A stretch of DNA of 64,000 bases from Eutreptiella sp. 'Long Island Sound 2002' (GCA_964036045.1 OZ038378.1:196850001-196914000), one strand, 5' to 3'; positions 24,523 through 37,487 are shown, counted from the stretch's first letter. Made by a program: numbers and translations. The notes: generated from the sequence alone by a model not told the origin.

Positions 24523-25577
24523 CGAACCCCCCCCCCCCACAGCTTTTGGGGGCTCTATCGACCCCCCCCCCCGGAAGTGAAAACCGAGCACCCCCTGCAT
24601 ATACCACTAGGGTACCACAAACCTCTGCACAGTATGCAAACTTTTCGGGCCAATCCATCCACCCATCTCCATACCCAAGCACCCCCCCGGTGGGTAGGAT
24701 ATCTTGCCCACTAAGCAATAGCCTGAATTCCGCGGTGGGTATCCAGATTTTTGGAAACTATCCCAACACTGGCCTGCAGGATGTCTATGCAGTGTGAACC
24801 TGTCGGTGTCCCCACAAGAACAAGCGCTTGCGGCTGATGCACAGTTGTGCACTGACATCATCACAGTTTTATATGAGAAAATAAATGTGAACAACAATCA
24901 AAACTTACCATAGATTTCGGCAGCAACAAAGTGTTTCGGCCCCTGTGGAAGGGCGAAGGCACAGAGGTCAGACGCTGAACGCCAAGTGGACTGCGGCACC
25001 AAAATGCAGTCCATATGCATTGCTGTGACTAGCTGCCCTAATCCCGTCGTACTCCTGCCAATTTGGCGTTTGGACCTTCCTCTGTGACGGCACGGCCTTG
25101 ACTTAAAAGACTTCAATGCACTTGCAATAAAACCTTAAAACCTGTCCCTGCTCTTGGGCTAACATGCGACCACACCAACCGTGCCCTGAAACCAGGCTCG
25201 CATATCCCAGTACAACAATTGAAAAACTGAGTAAGCAGTCGGCTAAACCTGATGGGAAATTGGTAAACTGAGTTAAGTTACTCACTTTAATAAAACTTGA
25301 TTGATTTTTTTGGAATCAACTAAAACTTGAAGGAAAATACAACTTTTCGAAATCAATTTGTTATTCACTTTTACACCAGCTGGTCAAAAATCCTTTTTTT
25401 ATTTTATTTCTGCACCAGTTTGAAGCGATGTCCGGGCTGCAACAGGTTGCTACTTGGCAGTCATTCATGGTAGACGGTCTTTTTTTGAGGACATAGTGCC
25501 CCCAGGTCATTTTGAAGCCAGCGCATTCTTGAATATCGCACCCCGGCCAGGCCAAAGCATCACGCACATGTGTTGCT

Positions 25578-25613
25578 TGTGTGTGTGTGTGTGTGTGTGC
25601 GTGTGTGTGTGTG

Positions 25614-25694
<81 letters not shown>
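25578..25694. repeat. (TG)n microsatellite, about 58 units
   Basis: Directly visible. Others occur near 6180, 31468, 35983 and 50186, with (GA)n at about 42523. Confidence 0.98.
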
Positions 25695-25697
<3 letters not shown>

Positions 25698-26079
25698 ATT
25701 GTTGCGTGGATATCGGAGACACGTCCACAAAACCGGGAATGCAACGTGGCCTGCACTATTCACGCAACAACCACAATCTATCTGGCGGTACTTGCACAGC
25801 GCTATGGACAGCGTGTCCAGACGTTGCATGGCACATCATGAGGCAAGCCACTACATCATTTTGCCTTGTGATGAGCATGGAGGGGATGTGGCACGGCAAG
25901 ACTACTAAAAGCATCCACAATTGTGCTCCACTAAGTACTTGCTCAACTCTAGGACGGCTAGGGCTGGGAAAGCCCACCCATCCACCCACCTATGGAAAGG
26001 GGAAAAGGTCAATCAATAAAATGGGTAAAAACAAGTGAACAAAAAAGGCTTGCTTTGTTATTCAGTAAAACATCTCTAT

Positions 26080-26310
26080 CAGAAAAAATTTACTCAGTTC
26101 TTTCACCGCGAAAAGGAAGGTACGGTCACCTCAAACTTTGTTCAAGCCAATGCCTTGGATCGACCCAGATGGAAGGCAAAGGTCGACTGTCATGGCGAGC
26201 AGAGCCGAAGGCCCTGAACACCTCCCGAACGCTGCGATGGGAACGCTGCTGCTGCGTTTCCGTGCGCCAGCTGTGCAAGGGTACCGACCAACACAAGGAA
26301 GAGACTGCAA
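26080..26310 (+). mobile_element. 3' remnant of an RTE-like non-LTR retrotransposon ORF2
   Basis: ANALDRPRWKAKV then, after an in-frame TGA, AAAAFPCASCARV. This matches the RTE C-terminal A-DR--W motif followed by a CxxC finger. Confidence 0.45.
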
Positions 26311-26529
26311 AATGCGTCGGACGGTTCGTATGTGGGTCCCGGGGCAACGCAGCAGAAACACAGTCTCACAGGCCTACTCGACAGCAGTTGAAATGCAGCG
26401 ACAGCGGTCGCCGTCGCTCTGCCAATGCGCACGCCTCTTTCCAACGCCGCAGGAAGTGTCCAGGATGCGTTGGGACCAGCCATGTATCAGAAAGGGGGGG
26501 GGGCGGGGGGGGTTCTGAAGGGGCGGGCG

Positions 26530-26650
26530 AGGGGGGTTTGGCTGGGACCCCCCTCCTCCTAGGGTCCCTCTATGGTCCCGCCGAAGGCGGACCAAAAATT
26601 GTTAAGCTTAAATCCTCTTGGCGCCGAAGCAAAAATTTGGCTGTCAGGGA
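26530..26650 (+). repeat. Dispersed element also at 5273-5385 (inverted) and 9020-9130
   Basis: tttggctgggacccc...ggcggaccaaaaat...gccgaagcaaaaatttggctgtcag shared among the sites. Confidence 0.8.
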
Positions 26651-27144
26651 GGGGAGGGAGGGTCTCGGGGGAACCGCCCCCCCCCTTCTCCTACGGTGTA
26701 CGGCCGTTCTAATACATCTCTGGTTGGCACCTGCTCCCAAACATTGACAGTGTGACATTGTATCTGCCCCATCTTTACGTGTGGTGGTATCCCCCAGTGC
26801 CTCGCCTATTGTGGGCGTACCTCGGTACGGCACATGGCTGGTCACTGCCTATCGCCGCTGACGGCTCACCTTCGATGCGGAGGACAGGGCCAGAAAAAAG
26901 AGGGTCCGCTCTCAATACTCAGCACCACCAGCGGGGGCACTCAATGCCCCCGCTCTCCGATGGAAGAGTTCCGCGCCTCCGAGCGAACGGAAGCTCTCGG
27001 TGGGCGGCTTTGTTAAGGCTACGCGGCGGAGTGTAACGGCTTCAGCACACCTTTGGGGACTCGTTCGAGTGGCGAGGTGGCGTCGGAGCGTCCAGTGCAG
27101 GGTCCTCAACTCTGAAGAGGAAGGACAACGGGTGCCCGAAACAT

Positions 27145-27665
27145 GTGCCTATGCCATCCATCCTCCTGCCCTTTGCAAGTGGGCACACACAACACCTGAA
27201 CGGGTATTTGTGGGTCTCGGGGCTCTTCGGATCCTGTGGAAACAAAGAAATGCTGCGACTAATGCACAACGAACTGCGTCAGCGGTCCATGGGGATACTG
27301 CCGGGGGACTTCATGGACAAAATGAAGGCCACGCGCAGCGGTACAACGGGGCTGTCGTACGGCGGCGGCTCTAAAGTAGGCCAAAACCAAACGAGTGACA
27401 GTGAGGGACCGTCCAGAGCCAATTCGGACATATGCACGCATGCACGTCCATAATGCGTAGTCCACCAGCGGAACTCCAAATGATGGAGGCAATTCCAGAT
27501 CGGACACAAACAACTCAGCATCACATTCGAGGGAAAGTATTCCCCACAGCTGAGCAGAGCTGGATGCACAACTGCGAGAGCAAATCTATGATCGAGCATG
27601 TGTGCCACCGGCCATTGGTTCACCGGCTGCCTCAGGAAATGGTGGCCAAAACAGGCACCCGGTGA
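27145..27665 (+). pseudogene. Possible decayed Harbinger/ISL2EU-like DDE transposase fragment
   Basis: Frameshifted pieces WVSGLFG...ILPGDFMD and TAEQSWMHNCESKSMIEHV loosely resemble the LxPGDxxMAD and E...RxHVER blocks of DDE_Tnp_4. Confidence 0.25.
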
Positions 27666-28699
27666 CCTGAGGGTGTAAAATAGTCTTCCCGTCCCGATTA
27701 CCATCCCCTCTCTTGGAAGTGGACGAGGAAGGCCCCCCAGCACTCCTCAATCACGAAAATCACCACACATCACACATGTCAGAAAGCAGCACAAAGAAAG
27801 ATTGCAGGTAGACCGAAGAGGAGGGTTACCCATTCCATGCATCGTCACCTTGTCATGTGTGTGCAACAGGCAACATCTCTCGGCCTCATTCAAATGTGCC
27901 AACTTTGTGCGTTATGCCACTTTTTGGGGTTTTTTTACAAGTCTCGCTTCGATGTGTGGAAGTGAGGACATCCCAACCTATTTTGAGGGCGGGAAACATG
28001 TGTTGGAAGGTATTTAGATGGGTAGGAGTGGGGTTCGGGGCCTAGCAAGGGGTTGGAAGGGCGAAAAATACGGCATGACATCATCGCACGCAGATTGCTA
28101 AAAATAGGCAACTTAGGGACAAAATTGGTGACGTCAGCCATTGTTCACCCCTAAAAGAAACTGTGAATGATGAAAATGAGCAAAAGAAAGGGGAATGTTT
28201 CCATCTTCCATGGTATGGGGGAGCTAAAGGGTGGGGAAGGGCTATTTTTAGGGGTAAAAATCCCTTTTTTTTACCACTCTGGGGAAGATCCCATCAAGAG
28301 TGATGTCCTACCCCATTCTTTCAAAAATGTGCCTCGTATAGCTCTTCCACTGTCCCAACCTTCTCCGAAACATAATTTTTTGAATTTCCCACCCCAAATT
28401 GGAGGGGGGGGGCTTTCCCCAAAGTGTACCCGGCAATGGGGGTAGGGGTGCAGTGCAGTGTGTCTGAAACCTGACCAGAAAAGGCAAAAAATATGGATCC
28501 CCACCCCCGAACCCGTACATCTCCGAAACCCCCTTTTCAAGGGCTTGCCGAATATACCACACATACCCCCACCTACAGGACGGGACACTCAGTGGACACA
28601 AATGAGGCAACAAGGACTGCGACCCCCTACAGCACACAAAATTGGCACAATCGGTACCCATGCCGAGAAATATATGAAGGGTATTGCACTTGCCTCCAA

Positions 28700-30145
28700 A
28701 CTAAGAACTGTCCCAATCGGACGGGAGTATATACATGAGTACAAGGACCCCTCACTGGATGTCTTCATGCAATGCCAAAGATGTGCGACCAAGAGCTGAA
28801 TCTCAGCAGCAAAGTATCTACGCATCATCATGAACTCTTTGCCAATGAACTACGGTCTAAAGCCCGATGAAGCGGCCGCTGCGCGCAGAACCATGGCCTG
28901 CACACAATACACCTGGTTGGTGGGCGTGGTGCGTGCTCAGCACAGCACCGCTCCTTGTGCCATGGAGGAAACCTGTGACAGATTCTTGAAAATCACATCC
29001 ATCGTTTCTACCTTCGGGCGGAAATTCAACACTTTGGTTGACATTGTTCTGGGCAGTGTGGCCCCCACCATTAATCAGGTGTGGGTTTGTATGTAAACAG
29101 AATGGTGACCGTTACGTTGAATGGCCATCGGGGGTCTGCACGCTCCACACCCTTGGCAGGGCAGGTAGATCTGTAGGAGGGTGTCTGCACCCGATGCAAT
29201 CGCTGCAGTACTCAGCCTGCGAGATGGCTCGGAAGGCCTCTTTGCAGTGGGGCTGGGGGAGACTTCACATGTCGTAGGTGAACATGATTTGGTTTTGAAT
29301 TTGAGATTCATTGAAAATGCCGACAGCATGAACGAAAAAACTATGCTCTGTGTTTATGTCTTTGTATGTGCGAATGACGGTTGGGTGTTCAAAGGTATCA
29401 TCTCACACATCCTTCTGTGGCTACTTACTGCTTACTCCAGGGCTAGTATTGCTTGTACGGCTGCACACCTTCCAACCAATTTGGGGACTGGTCTCCCTCG
29501 GTGTATGGATGGCAGTGAACTCGTCTCTCTGATGCACTTCAGGCTGAAACAATCAGAATAGAAGGAGGAGTCGGGCGTGAGGTGTTGAGCCCACGTGTTG
29601 AGAGGATTGTGACACGGGGTCAAGTAGTTGCAAGCCTCGTTCCCAGTATCAAGCCCGGTAAACGCGTTGAGGAGGTCGTTGGCTTGGAGATCTAACTTGT
29701 GCCGGGCGAACATGGCTTTCCTCATAGCCACGGGGGGCCCGTATTGGCGGAGGTCCGCCACTCTATGGTTGTCGTTGTACAACGTGAATTTGGCTACCGG
29801 GGTGTCCCAATTGCGTTCCGGGAGACCGCTAAGGTAGGTTGCGAACTCCGTCTTTCCTTGGGACCCATGGAGTGTGGCTTGGAGGGATGGTGTGGAAGCC
29901 GATCCGACGGCACGTCCGCGCAGCAGTCTCTTGCGCACAAAAAAACACAAGGCATCCGCCATTAGATGGGCAAGCCCCGAGGCCTTACATAAATTTGGGC
30001 AGAGATATGGTTGACGGCGGGTATGTCTTTGAGGGCAACCTCTAGTTATGGGCTGCTGACTGCAAGTGTCCGGGAAGAGGCTGAAACAAATGTTGTGGTG
30101 ATGAAGGCCGTGACTGAGAAGACTCAATTTGATATTTTCAACCAC
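28700..30145 (-). pseudogene. Decayed long ORF, possibly the C-terminal part of a non-LTR retrotransposon ORF2
   Basis: Track ORF 29432..30145 plus a downstream frame with scattered nonsense codons (DDTFEH...FNESQIQNQ...PHLINGGGHT). Weak zf-RVT-like resemblance. Confidence 0.3.
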
Positions 30146-30739
30146 TGTGATGCAGTTTTAACTGACATGCAGACCCTCTTCGCTTGCTGAAAAGACGAGA
30201 GCCCACACGTCTCTCTTCTGCCTAACAATCCCCAAACACGTGATGGACAGTTGATGGAAATTCTTGCACTCAGAGGTGCACTGACAGCGGAAACGTCAAA
30301 ATGCCTCATCTCCAGGCAGCCCACACAGCTTGGCATGTGCAAAGCCACAAACCCCACTCTCTAGCGCAGCGCCGAATTTTAGACTGTAGTTTCCTGAACG
30401 ATCACTTTGCCTGACTGTTTTGCTTCCATCCACCAAACCTGTAGAAGACCGTCCTCATACCCCGTCATCACACGGTCCTTCTTGGATGCAGATGAGGATT
30501 CAGGAAGCGTAATCAGCTTCCCTCTTGTTTGGTTCAATGCAACACATCTCAGGACCTACTCACCCACCTCGAAACGCAACCAATTACACCCGGTGCATCA
30601 ACAGCAGATGGTTCAACCCAAAACGACGCTGTTCAGCGTCAACCCTAAGCCACCTTCACGCAGGTTTTGTGCCCGTCCTGAAGAGCAGTGCATGGCACAC
30701 ACAGCACACACACACACACACACACAAACACACATATAC

Positions 30740-30825
30740 CTGAGCTTCCAGTCCCCAAAATGACTCCGTCTCTGTGCCACATTTTGCACACAGTCTTGAA
30801 TTCTGAAATGGAGGCTTGTCTGACC
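30740..30825 (-). CDS. Candidate downstream exon, possibly of the coiled-coil gene; frame unresolved
   Basis: Acceptor ttattcgcag|GG and donor CAG|GTATAT; all three frames open. Confidence 0.35.
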
Positions 30826-31464
30826 CTGCGAATAAGATTGGTGGGGAGAGCATATGCTCAAGCAGATGTGGGGACACGGGTGGTCAAACAGACTTAAAGC
30901 TGAACCTTCACACACACACACACACACACACATTCACACTTCGTCACGACCAAAACAGAAGTGCCAAAAAAGAACAAGTCTCACTCTAGAACAGTTGCTC
31001 CAGAGTACAGGGGATGTAGGCAGCAGCAGGCAACCCACAAACAGAACGAGCTAAAGCTCAGCCCGGACAAACACATACACACAGCTTGCAGGAGGCAAAA
31101 CTGACACAGTACACAATCGGCGATTGGTGCTCTGGGCCCACTGCAACCTGGGTTCACCCAAGTCATCCCTCTCCATCAGCGAGCACCTTGGTGTGACGTC
31201 TCACTGACATCGCCAACTTCTTGGAGGCCGCTGCACCAATGGTCCAATCACTCATACAATACACATGCAAAACAAACACATACACACAATTGTGAGGCCC
31301 CTGATATCACACGGAAAACAAGGTGTTGAGAACAATTGGATGCAACTGAGGGCACTTGATTTCTGAGTGGTCTTGTACGCTCGTCAGTACCACCGACTCT
31401 TCACAAACAAACTGAAAAGGCCATGTGACATAGCTCCTTTCGGGGGAAATAAATATACACTCAG

Positions 31465-31511
<47 letters not shown>

Positions 31512-32128
31512 GACGTGAGGGAAACAAATGAACACCCCCTGCACACACACACATAAACACATGGTGGACGTGACAGACAGGGCACTGGTCAAGGTGGCCT
31601 GAGTGTAATAGATCTCGTCAGGTGCAGTGTCAAAACAAAAGCATGTTCAAACACCGCACTAGGCGCCTGTCCGTAGTGAGGAGAAGCAAGACAATGAGCA
31701 ATGCAGCGGCATAATATACTTTTCTTGGTTACCCCCCCCCCACACACACAAATACAGGATCAACATGTTACATCCCACTCCAGGCCTGCAGGAAAGGTGC
31801 ACAGTGCAACCAGTGAATCTCGTTATACTGGGGCTTCTAGGACCTTTGCTCCAACGCACCAGGCCACATGTGCGCCGCAGGCACCGATTCAACACCTGCA
31901 AGGGCTACATCATGGCTGAAGAGCACCTTTGCACCGGTGCGTGGGGCTGCCCACACCTGTGGCCCAGTGCATAGGGCCACGCTGTGTCTGCTTGCCCCGG
32001 TGCTCTAGCGCACAGGGCCGCTTGTGTAAGTGGCGCCCCACCCCAACCGTGTATTGCAAGGTTAGCAGAAACAAAATGAGGCTCAAGAAAAGAAGGAGCT
32101 TTTACATCATAAATATACATACGGCATA

Positions 32129-32731
32129 TGTTTACTAATGTATCCACCAGGGTGCAGGGTCACCGGGGGGGCTTGGGGTGGGGTGTAGGGACCCCCCCCC
32201 CCCTATTTTGGGGTCGGGAAACACAAAAAAACATGCTTCAAAAGTGAATTGGGTGGTTATTAATGGGTATTTGCCCCTATAAAGGGCTAAAATGGCCAAA
32301 AATAGGGTATGACATCACTGCTGGTAGGATCCTAACCAGAGTACTAAACATAGGTACAATTGTGGTCCAAACCCCTAATACTAGCACCAAATACCCCCAA
32401 TAATAGTTTGAGGGACATGAAAATGGACAGAGGTATGTTAAAAATGCCGAATTACTATGTCATTGGGTGTCGATAGGGGTGGTGTGGGTTATTTTTAGGG
32501 TTTAGTGGTTATTTTTAGTACTCTGGTTAGGATCCTACCAGCAGTGATGTCATACCCTAATTTTAGCCATTTTAGCCCTTTATAGGGGCAAATACCCATT
32601 AATAACCACCCAATTCACTTCTGAAACATGTTTTTTTGTGTTTCCCGACCCCAAAATAGGGGGTCGGGTCCCTACACCCCACCCCAAGCCCCCCCGGTGA
32701 CCCTGCACCCTGGTGGATACATTAGTAAACA
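32129..32731. mobile_element. 603-bp MITE with about 220-bp near-perfect terminal inverted repeats, flanked by TA
   Basis: 32129-32348 is the reverse complement of about 32513-32731; TA on both sides is compatible with a Tc1/mariner-type target duplication. Confidence 0.9.
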
Positions 32732-32760
32732 TACATATATGAGGTGCACACACGTGTGCT

Positions 32761-34143
32761 TTATATGAAGTCGCAAAACACACGCTTGTAGATGAGGTCT
32801 GCCTTCTTATCTGTGTACGTGGGGTGTGCAGAGTGAGGATTGTGCTTGCACATGTTGCGAAGCACGTCCGTGGTCTTTGTGTCCAACTCTTCAATCATTT
32901 TTTTGGCATACTCCAATTTACCACAGGCATCTTTGGGGTAATGCTCCGGAACAAAAAATTCCTTACCACGGATCACCACCTTTGGACGGACCTCATCTAC
33001 AAAAGGCGGCTTGTCAACCACAAGCCGGTCACCCAACGCGAATGCCAATACAATGCATGCCGGTGTGGCAGTAAATTGCACACTCCAGTTGCGCAATGCC
33101 ACACATATGTCCGAGGGACACAAACCGGAAGCATGCAGGGCACACTGATAAACTCCACATTCAGGGCACGTGATGTGGACTGTGTCGTCGCAAAAAAAGC
33201 ATGACAAATGGCTGGGTGAACAATAGGGCTTAGCATACATCCGTGCCAAGGCCCAACTAGGTGTAGTCTCAATAGGGGGGGCATGCGCAGAATTGCGATA
33301 GCGCAAAGCTACCTGTGCAATCTCACGCAACAACCACAATTTGTCTTGTGGAAGTTGGATGCTACCGTTGACAACACGCCTAGACAAAAGGCAATGTAGC
33401 ATCAGAAGGCAGGCAGGATGGCAGCTCACACCGTCTTCTTGATGTAGGAAGGTGGAGTAGAGGGGGGCTATAGCAAAAGCTACACTGCCAAACTCACCCC
33501 AAAACCTGTCCACCTCTTCTGCGGCCTTGGCTCAATGCCTTCTTGTTCGGCAATAAGGTCGACTATGGCCAACTCCTTGGTGTTTGCACCCACTATGTAC
33601 GGCTTGTTACACAGTGGATCGAACACGAGGCACAAGAAAGTGCGTGTTGGGGAAACCAACAACAAGCGCAACACCCAATGTTCATCGCGCACATTATATA
33701 TTTGCGCCGCAAGCAAGGAAGGCGCATAGACCATATCAATGGACGCTGCTTCCAAAGTACGCAGCGCCCATGACTCAGCCAACACCTTCCTACAACCCGA
33801 GGGTGCAGATGACACATTCCACCATGAGTCACGCACAACCCCCAAACCCATAACATCCCAGTCCGCACTCAAAGCTATCCGAGTGAGCCACCAATAATAC
33901 ACAACAATCTCGGCACTATCTGTGACGCAAGATTTTGAGTTTCAAATGGTGTGCCTCCGGCCTATATTGTTGAGACCCCGAACTTGGAACGATCACGTCA
34001 AGTGGACGTTCCCATTCGTCACGGAGCAATGACTCAACATGTTGCAATTGCCGTAGGGCTGTAGGGCTGCCTGGGCCATTAGTAAGGGCATGGCACACGG
34101 CGGCCAAGACATCATCTCCACAAACAGGCCTCGCATTAACCAT
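32761..34143 (-). pseudogene. Frameshifted Ulp1/SENP-like (clan CE, C48) cysteine protease followed by a Cys/His zinc finger
   Basis: EHWVL (His, about 33680), VFDPL (Asp 20 aa later), then in the next frame HQEDGVSC (Gln-x5-Cys, about 33423). Followed by CFFC-x7-CPEC-x4-CALH-x4-C. Confidence 0.6.
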
Positions 34144-34341
34144 TCCAGTCTATGACGGCTGGGTGGTATTGGAGCATGGGGGTGGGGAGACAGTCTCCGT
34201 CGGAGCATTGGGATGGTCGTCCAATTCCTCCATGACTAGAGGCGGGCTGGTAGGAGAGGCATTTGCGGACGTAATCGCGGGGAGGCTGCTGTCGCCATCC
34301 GGGTGTGGAGAGGGGTGGGACAAAGCACACGGGGAGGAGGG

Positions 34342-34527
34342 GGTCCCTAACCCCAACTCGAGGGGCCACGCAACAAAGTGTGGATTGTGAGTCCCTAACC
34401 CCAACTCAAGGGGCCACGCAACAAAGCGTGGATTGTGAGTCCCTGACCCCAACTCTAGGGGCCACACAACAAAGCGTGGATTGTGAGTCCCTAACCCCAA
34501 CTCGAGGGGCCACACAACAAAGCGTGG
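34342..34527. repeat. 48-bp tandem repeat, about 3.8 copies
   Basis: Unit GTCCCTAACCCCAACTCGAGGGGCCACGCAACAAAG(T/C)GTGGATTGTGA, with no spacers. Confidence 0.95.
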
Positions 34528-34559
34528 GAGTAAAAAAAAAGGAAAGAAAGTGGGAGGCA

Positions 34560-35125
34560 AAATTGCATTCTTAGGGATCCCCAACAAAGGGGAGGAAAAT
34601 CACAAGTGTTCCCCAACAAAGGGAAACAAAATTAGAAGTGGCTGCCTCTCGGGGGCCCAAAAAAGGGCGGAAATGCTACATCACCCCTGCATTCTCGGGG
34701 ATCCCCAACATAGGGGAACAAAATCAGAGGTCGCTGCCTCACCCCTACCTTCTCGGGGGCCCAAAAGAGGGCGGAAGTGCTATGTCACCCCCGCGTTCTC
34801 GGGTCCCCTACAAAAGGGGACGGAAACAAAAGTGGCCCACAAAAGGGCGGAAGTGCTATGTCACCCCTGCATTCTCGGGGGTCCCCAAACAAGGGGACAA
34901 AGTCAAAGGTGGCCCTCAAGTGGGCAGAAGTGCTATGTAACCCCTACGTATTCGGGGGTCCCTAAAAAGGGGCCGGGCTCCTAGAAAAAATCTAATAGTG
35001 GGGGTCCTTAAGGGCGGTCCTTAACAAAAAAAAATTGGTCCTAAAGGATCACCCTGCCTCACCAGGCCTGTGGAAAAAAGCCCCTCAGAGCGGGGGACAA
35101 GATCAGAAGTGGCCAACAAGTGGCC
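34560..35125 (+). repeat. Degenerate satellite built on TCACCCCTGCATTCTCGGGG(G)TCCCC / CCCAAAAGAGGGCGGAA units
   Basis: Several diverged units visible. Confidence 0.85.
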
Positions 35126-35979
35126 CGAAAGTTATAACGCCTAGTTCTTTTGTTTTTGGAGGTTCTGAAACCTAGTAAAAACAAAAACCTTTTTTTACTC
35201 GGTTCCCGTCTAGTAAAAACTAGTGAACCTAGTAAATTGTTGCCTAGTAAAAAAATTGAAAATTTTTTTTACTAGGTTTTACTACAGACCCCCATAACCC
35301 TCGTCCCAACCACTTGCATGATGGGCACTACACTGTCATATATGAAGACACCGGTCTGCACGCGGATACACATTTCCAACCACATCACAACGTTTGGTTC
35401 TGTGGGGGCCACTCTGCCCAAACCATTCCCTTCTCCGCACCGCTGTCCATCATAGCTTCTCCTTCAGACTGTTTTCATCAATTCAATATACCTCCGGTTT
35501 GGAACATGCAAGCTAATGGTGCAATCTCACCAATTTGTGGCCCAACAGTTTGGGTTTCAAATGAAGCACGCAATTATTGACAAAAGGCTTGGTTCATGGG
35601 CAACATCAATGCCGTTTTCTGTCCTCTACCTTCTGTTAGACGCACGGCACCTATGTTGCTACAAAGTTCATACAAACACACAGTTCCTGACGATGTCACC
35701 AAAGCAACATCCGGTACATGCCTATGTTCATCTATGGCTCAGTGTGGCGTACGTAGGGATGACCAACGCCTATGTGCAAGTAGACGCTTCGACTTTTCAT
35801 TCTTCGCTACTCACCGCGCAGCTAGCGGATTGGGCTGTTGTATCGGTACAATATCTTGAACACAATTTGGCCCTCTGGAGTCCTGTACCATTACTGTACG
35901 GGCCTTAGGGGCTTCCCAGGGGTGCTGCTTGTGTTTTGGGGCACTCATGGGTGCGGTGACCATGAACGTGGAAGACCAC

Positions 35980-36042
<63 letters not shown>

Positions 36043-37200
36043 GTCACGCAACCAAACATATCGGGGAAAGTAGCGAGGGTGAAGATGGGATAGAGGTATG
36101 GAAGGGAAGACATGGTAGCGAAGAATGCTGCGATGGGTGTGTGGACAAAATATGCTGCTGAGTGTCTGGCACTATGCCCAACAGCAGCAACAATGGGAAC
36201 TACAGCTACAGCGGGGAAGAAAAAGCGATGGATACAAAAAAAGTCAGGCGGTTCAAGGAACAACTCTAGGCGCACTTCAGTTTGCAGCGGAAAAGTGCAC
36301 GCAGATGTCCCCTGAAGGGTCCCTGTGTTCCACTGTGTTCCTTCCTGGCCACTAACCACTGCTTTGGTGCAGTGTGCTTGAAATTCAATTTGGTTCAGCA
36401 ACCGTCCACGTACGGGTGGTGCCTCGGTCTTGTGGCTATCTTGGATCTACAGCCAGCTGCCACCACAAGTATGGGCCATGTCCTGCAATCGTGGGTATGT
36501 TAGGGGGCTGGATTCGGACTTTTTGCAGTTGGTGCAAGTACTCACGCTGCGGGTACCACAGTCGGTGGAGGGGCAGAATGTGCATTTTGGTTGGTTCATG
36601 GTTGGTCTAAGGATGGAGAGACCCATCTCTCGCCTGACCTCCTCTCTTCCGTGTGTCTGACACACGTTTCTTAATACCACACCTAATTTTGTCCAACAGT
36701 TGCACACACGGCCCAGACTACAGCACATATGCTGAGCAGCACAGTGTTCTAGTCACCCTGTGACCGTGGGGATACACACACCCAACAGACAGGAACAGAC
36801 GTACCACAAAAAGATAGGAAGAAGCACTCGGCATCCAACAGTTCTCCCTTGAGGCTTCCTAATGGGTGCAATTTAGTGCACTAAAAGATCTCTGTAGTCT
36901 GCATGAATGGATGTATCCACCCAATCACAAAAACAGACACAACCACACGGGTGACCACTCCACAAGCAGCGGTGGGAGGTTGCGCGTGCACGCACAAATG
37001 GGTGGATGACCGCAGACAAAATACAGGAAATTCAGAATTCCTGGGCGCAAGACACAAATGGCACTGAAGGCATTCAAAAAAATCGTCTGACGCACAGAGT
37101 ACCGGATGCATGCACGGACACAAATGAAGCAGTGTACCAATGTGCATGTCTTGCGCATCGGCGTGCAAAGCCATTTTGGCACTGAAAGGCGATTGTGCAC

Positions 37201-37243
37201 CGCATATGGAATCCATTGACTTCTTCTGCAATTCTGCCACCAT
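37201..37243 (-). CDS. Coiled-coil gene exon (MVAELQKKSMDSIC)
   Basis: ttacag|ATG ... G|GTGCAC, phase 0 to 1. Confidence 0.5.
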
Positions 37244-37394
37244 CTGTAAGCGTACAGAGGATACGTCCACGTGGGATCATTACACTTGGCTCATGGTCAC
37301 AACAGACAGTAGTCCAATGACACGTGATCACATGCGGTAAAAACAGCCGCACTTCAAGCGAAGAGGCTCGCGCGACATGAAGCATAAGCCACAC

Positions 37395-37487
37395 CCGTTG
37401 TGATGCAGACAATTGAGACGCAAGACGGTTCTTGGAGCGCTGCAGGTCATGCTGTTCGGACTGCACTTGCGTGAGCTGCCCCGCAGT
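37395..37487 (-). CDS. Coiled-coil gene exon (TAGQLTQVQSEQHDLQRSKNRLASQLSASQR)
   Basis: cctcag|ACT ... CGG|GTGTGG, phase 0-0, 31 codons. Confidence 0.7.

Noticed and set aside
25361-25908. ORFs with HTHT/CVCV runs
   Set aside because: They are translations of the (TG)n microsatellite.
34342-34527. CRISPR-like array
   Set aside because: The 48-bp units are contiguous with no unique spacers, there are no cas genes, and the context is eukaryotic.
34550-34984. ORFs such as CYVTPAFSG.../LCHPCILGG...
   Set aside because: They are read-throughs of a degenerate satellite, open in several frames at once.
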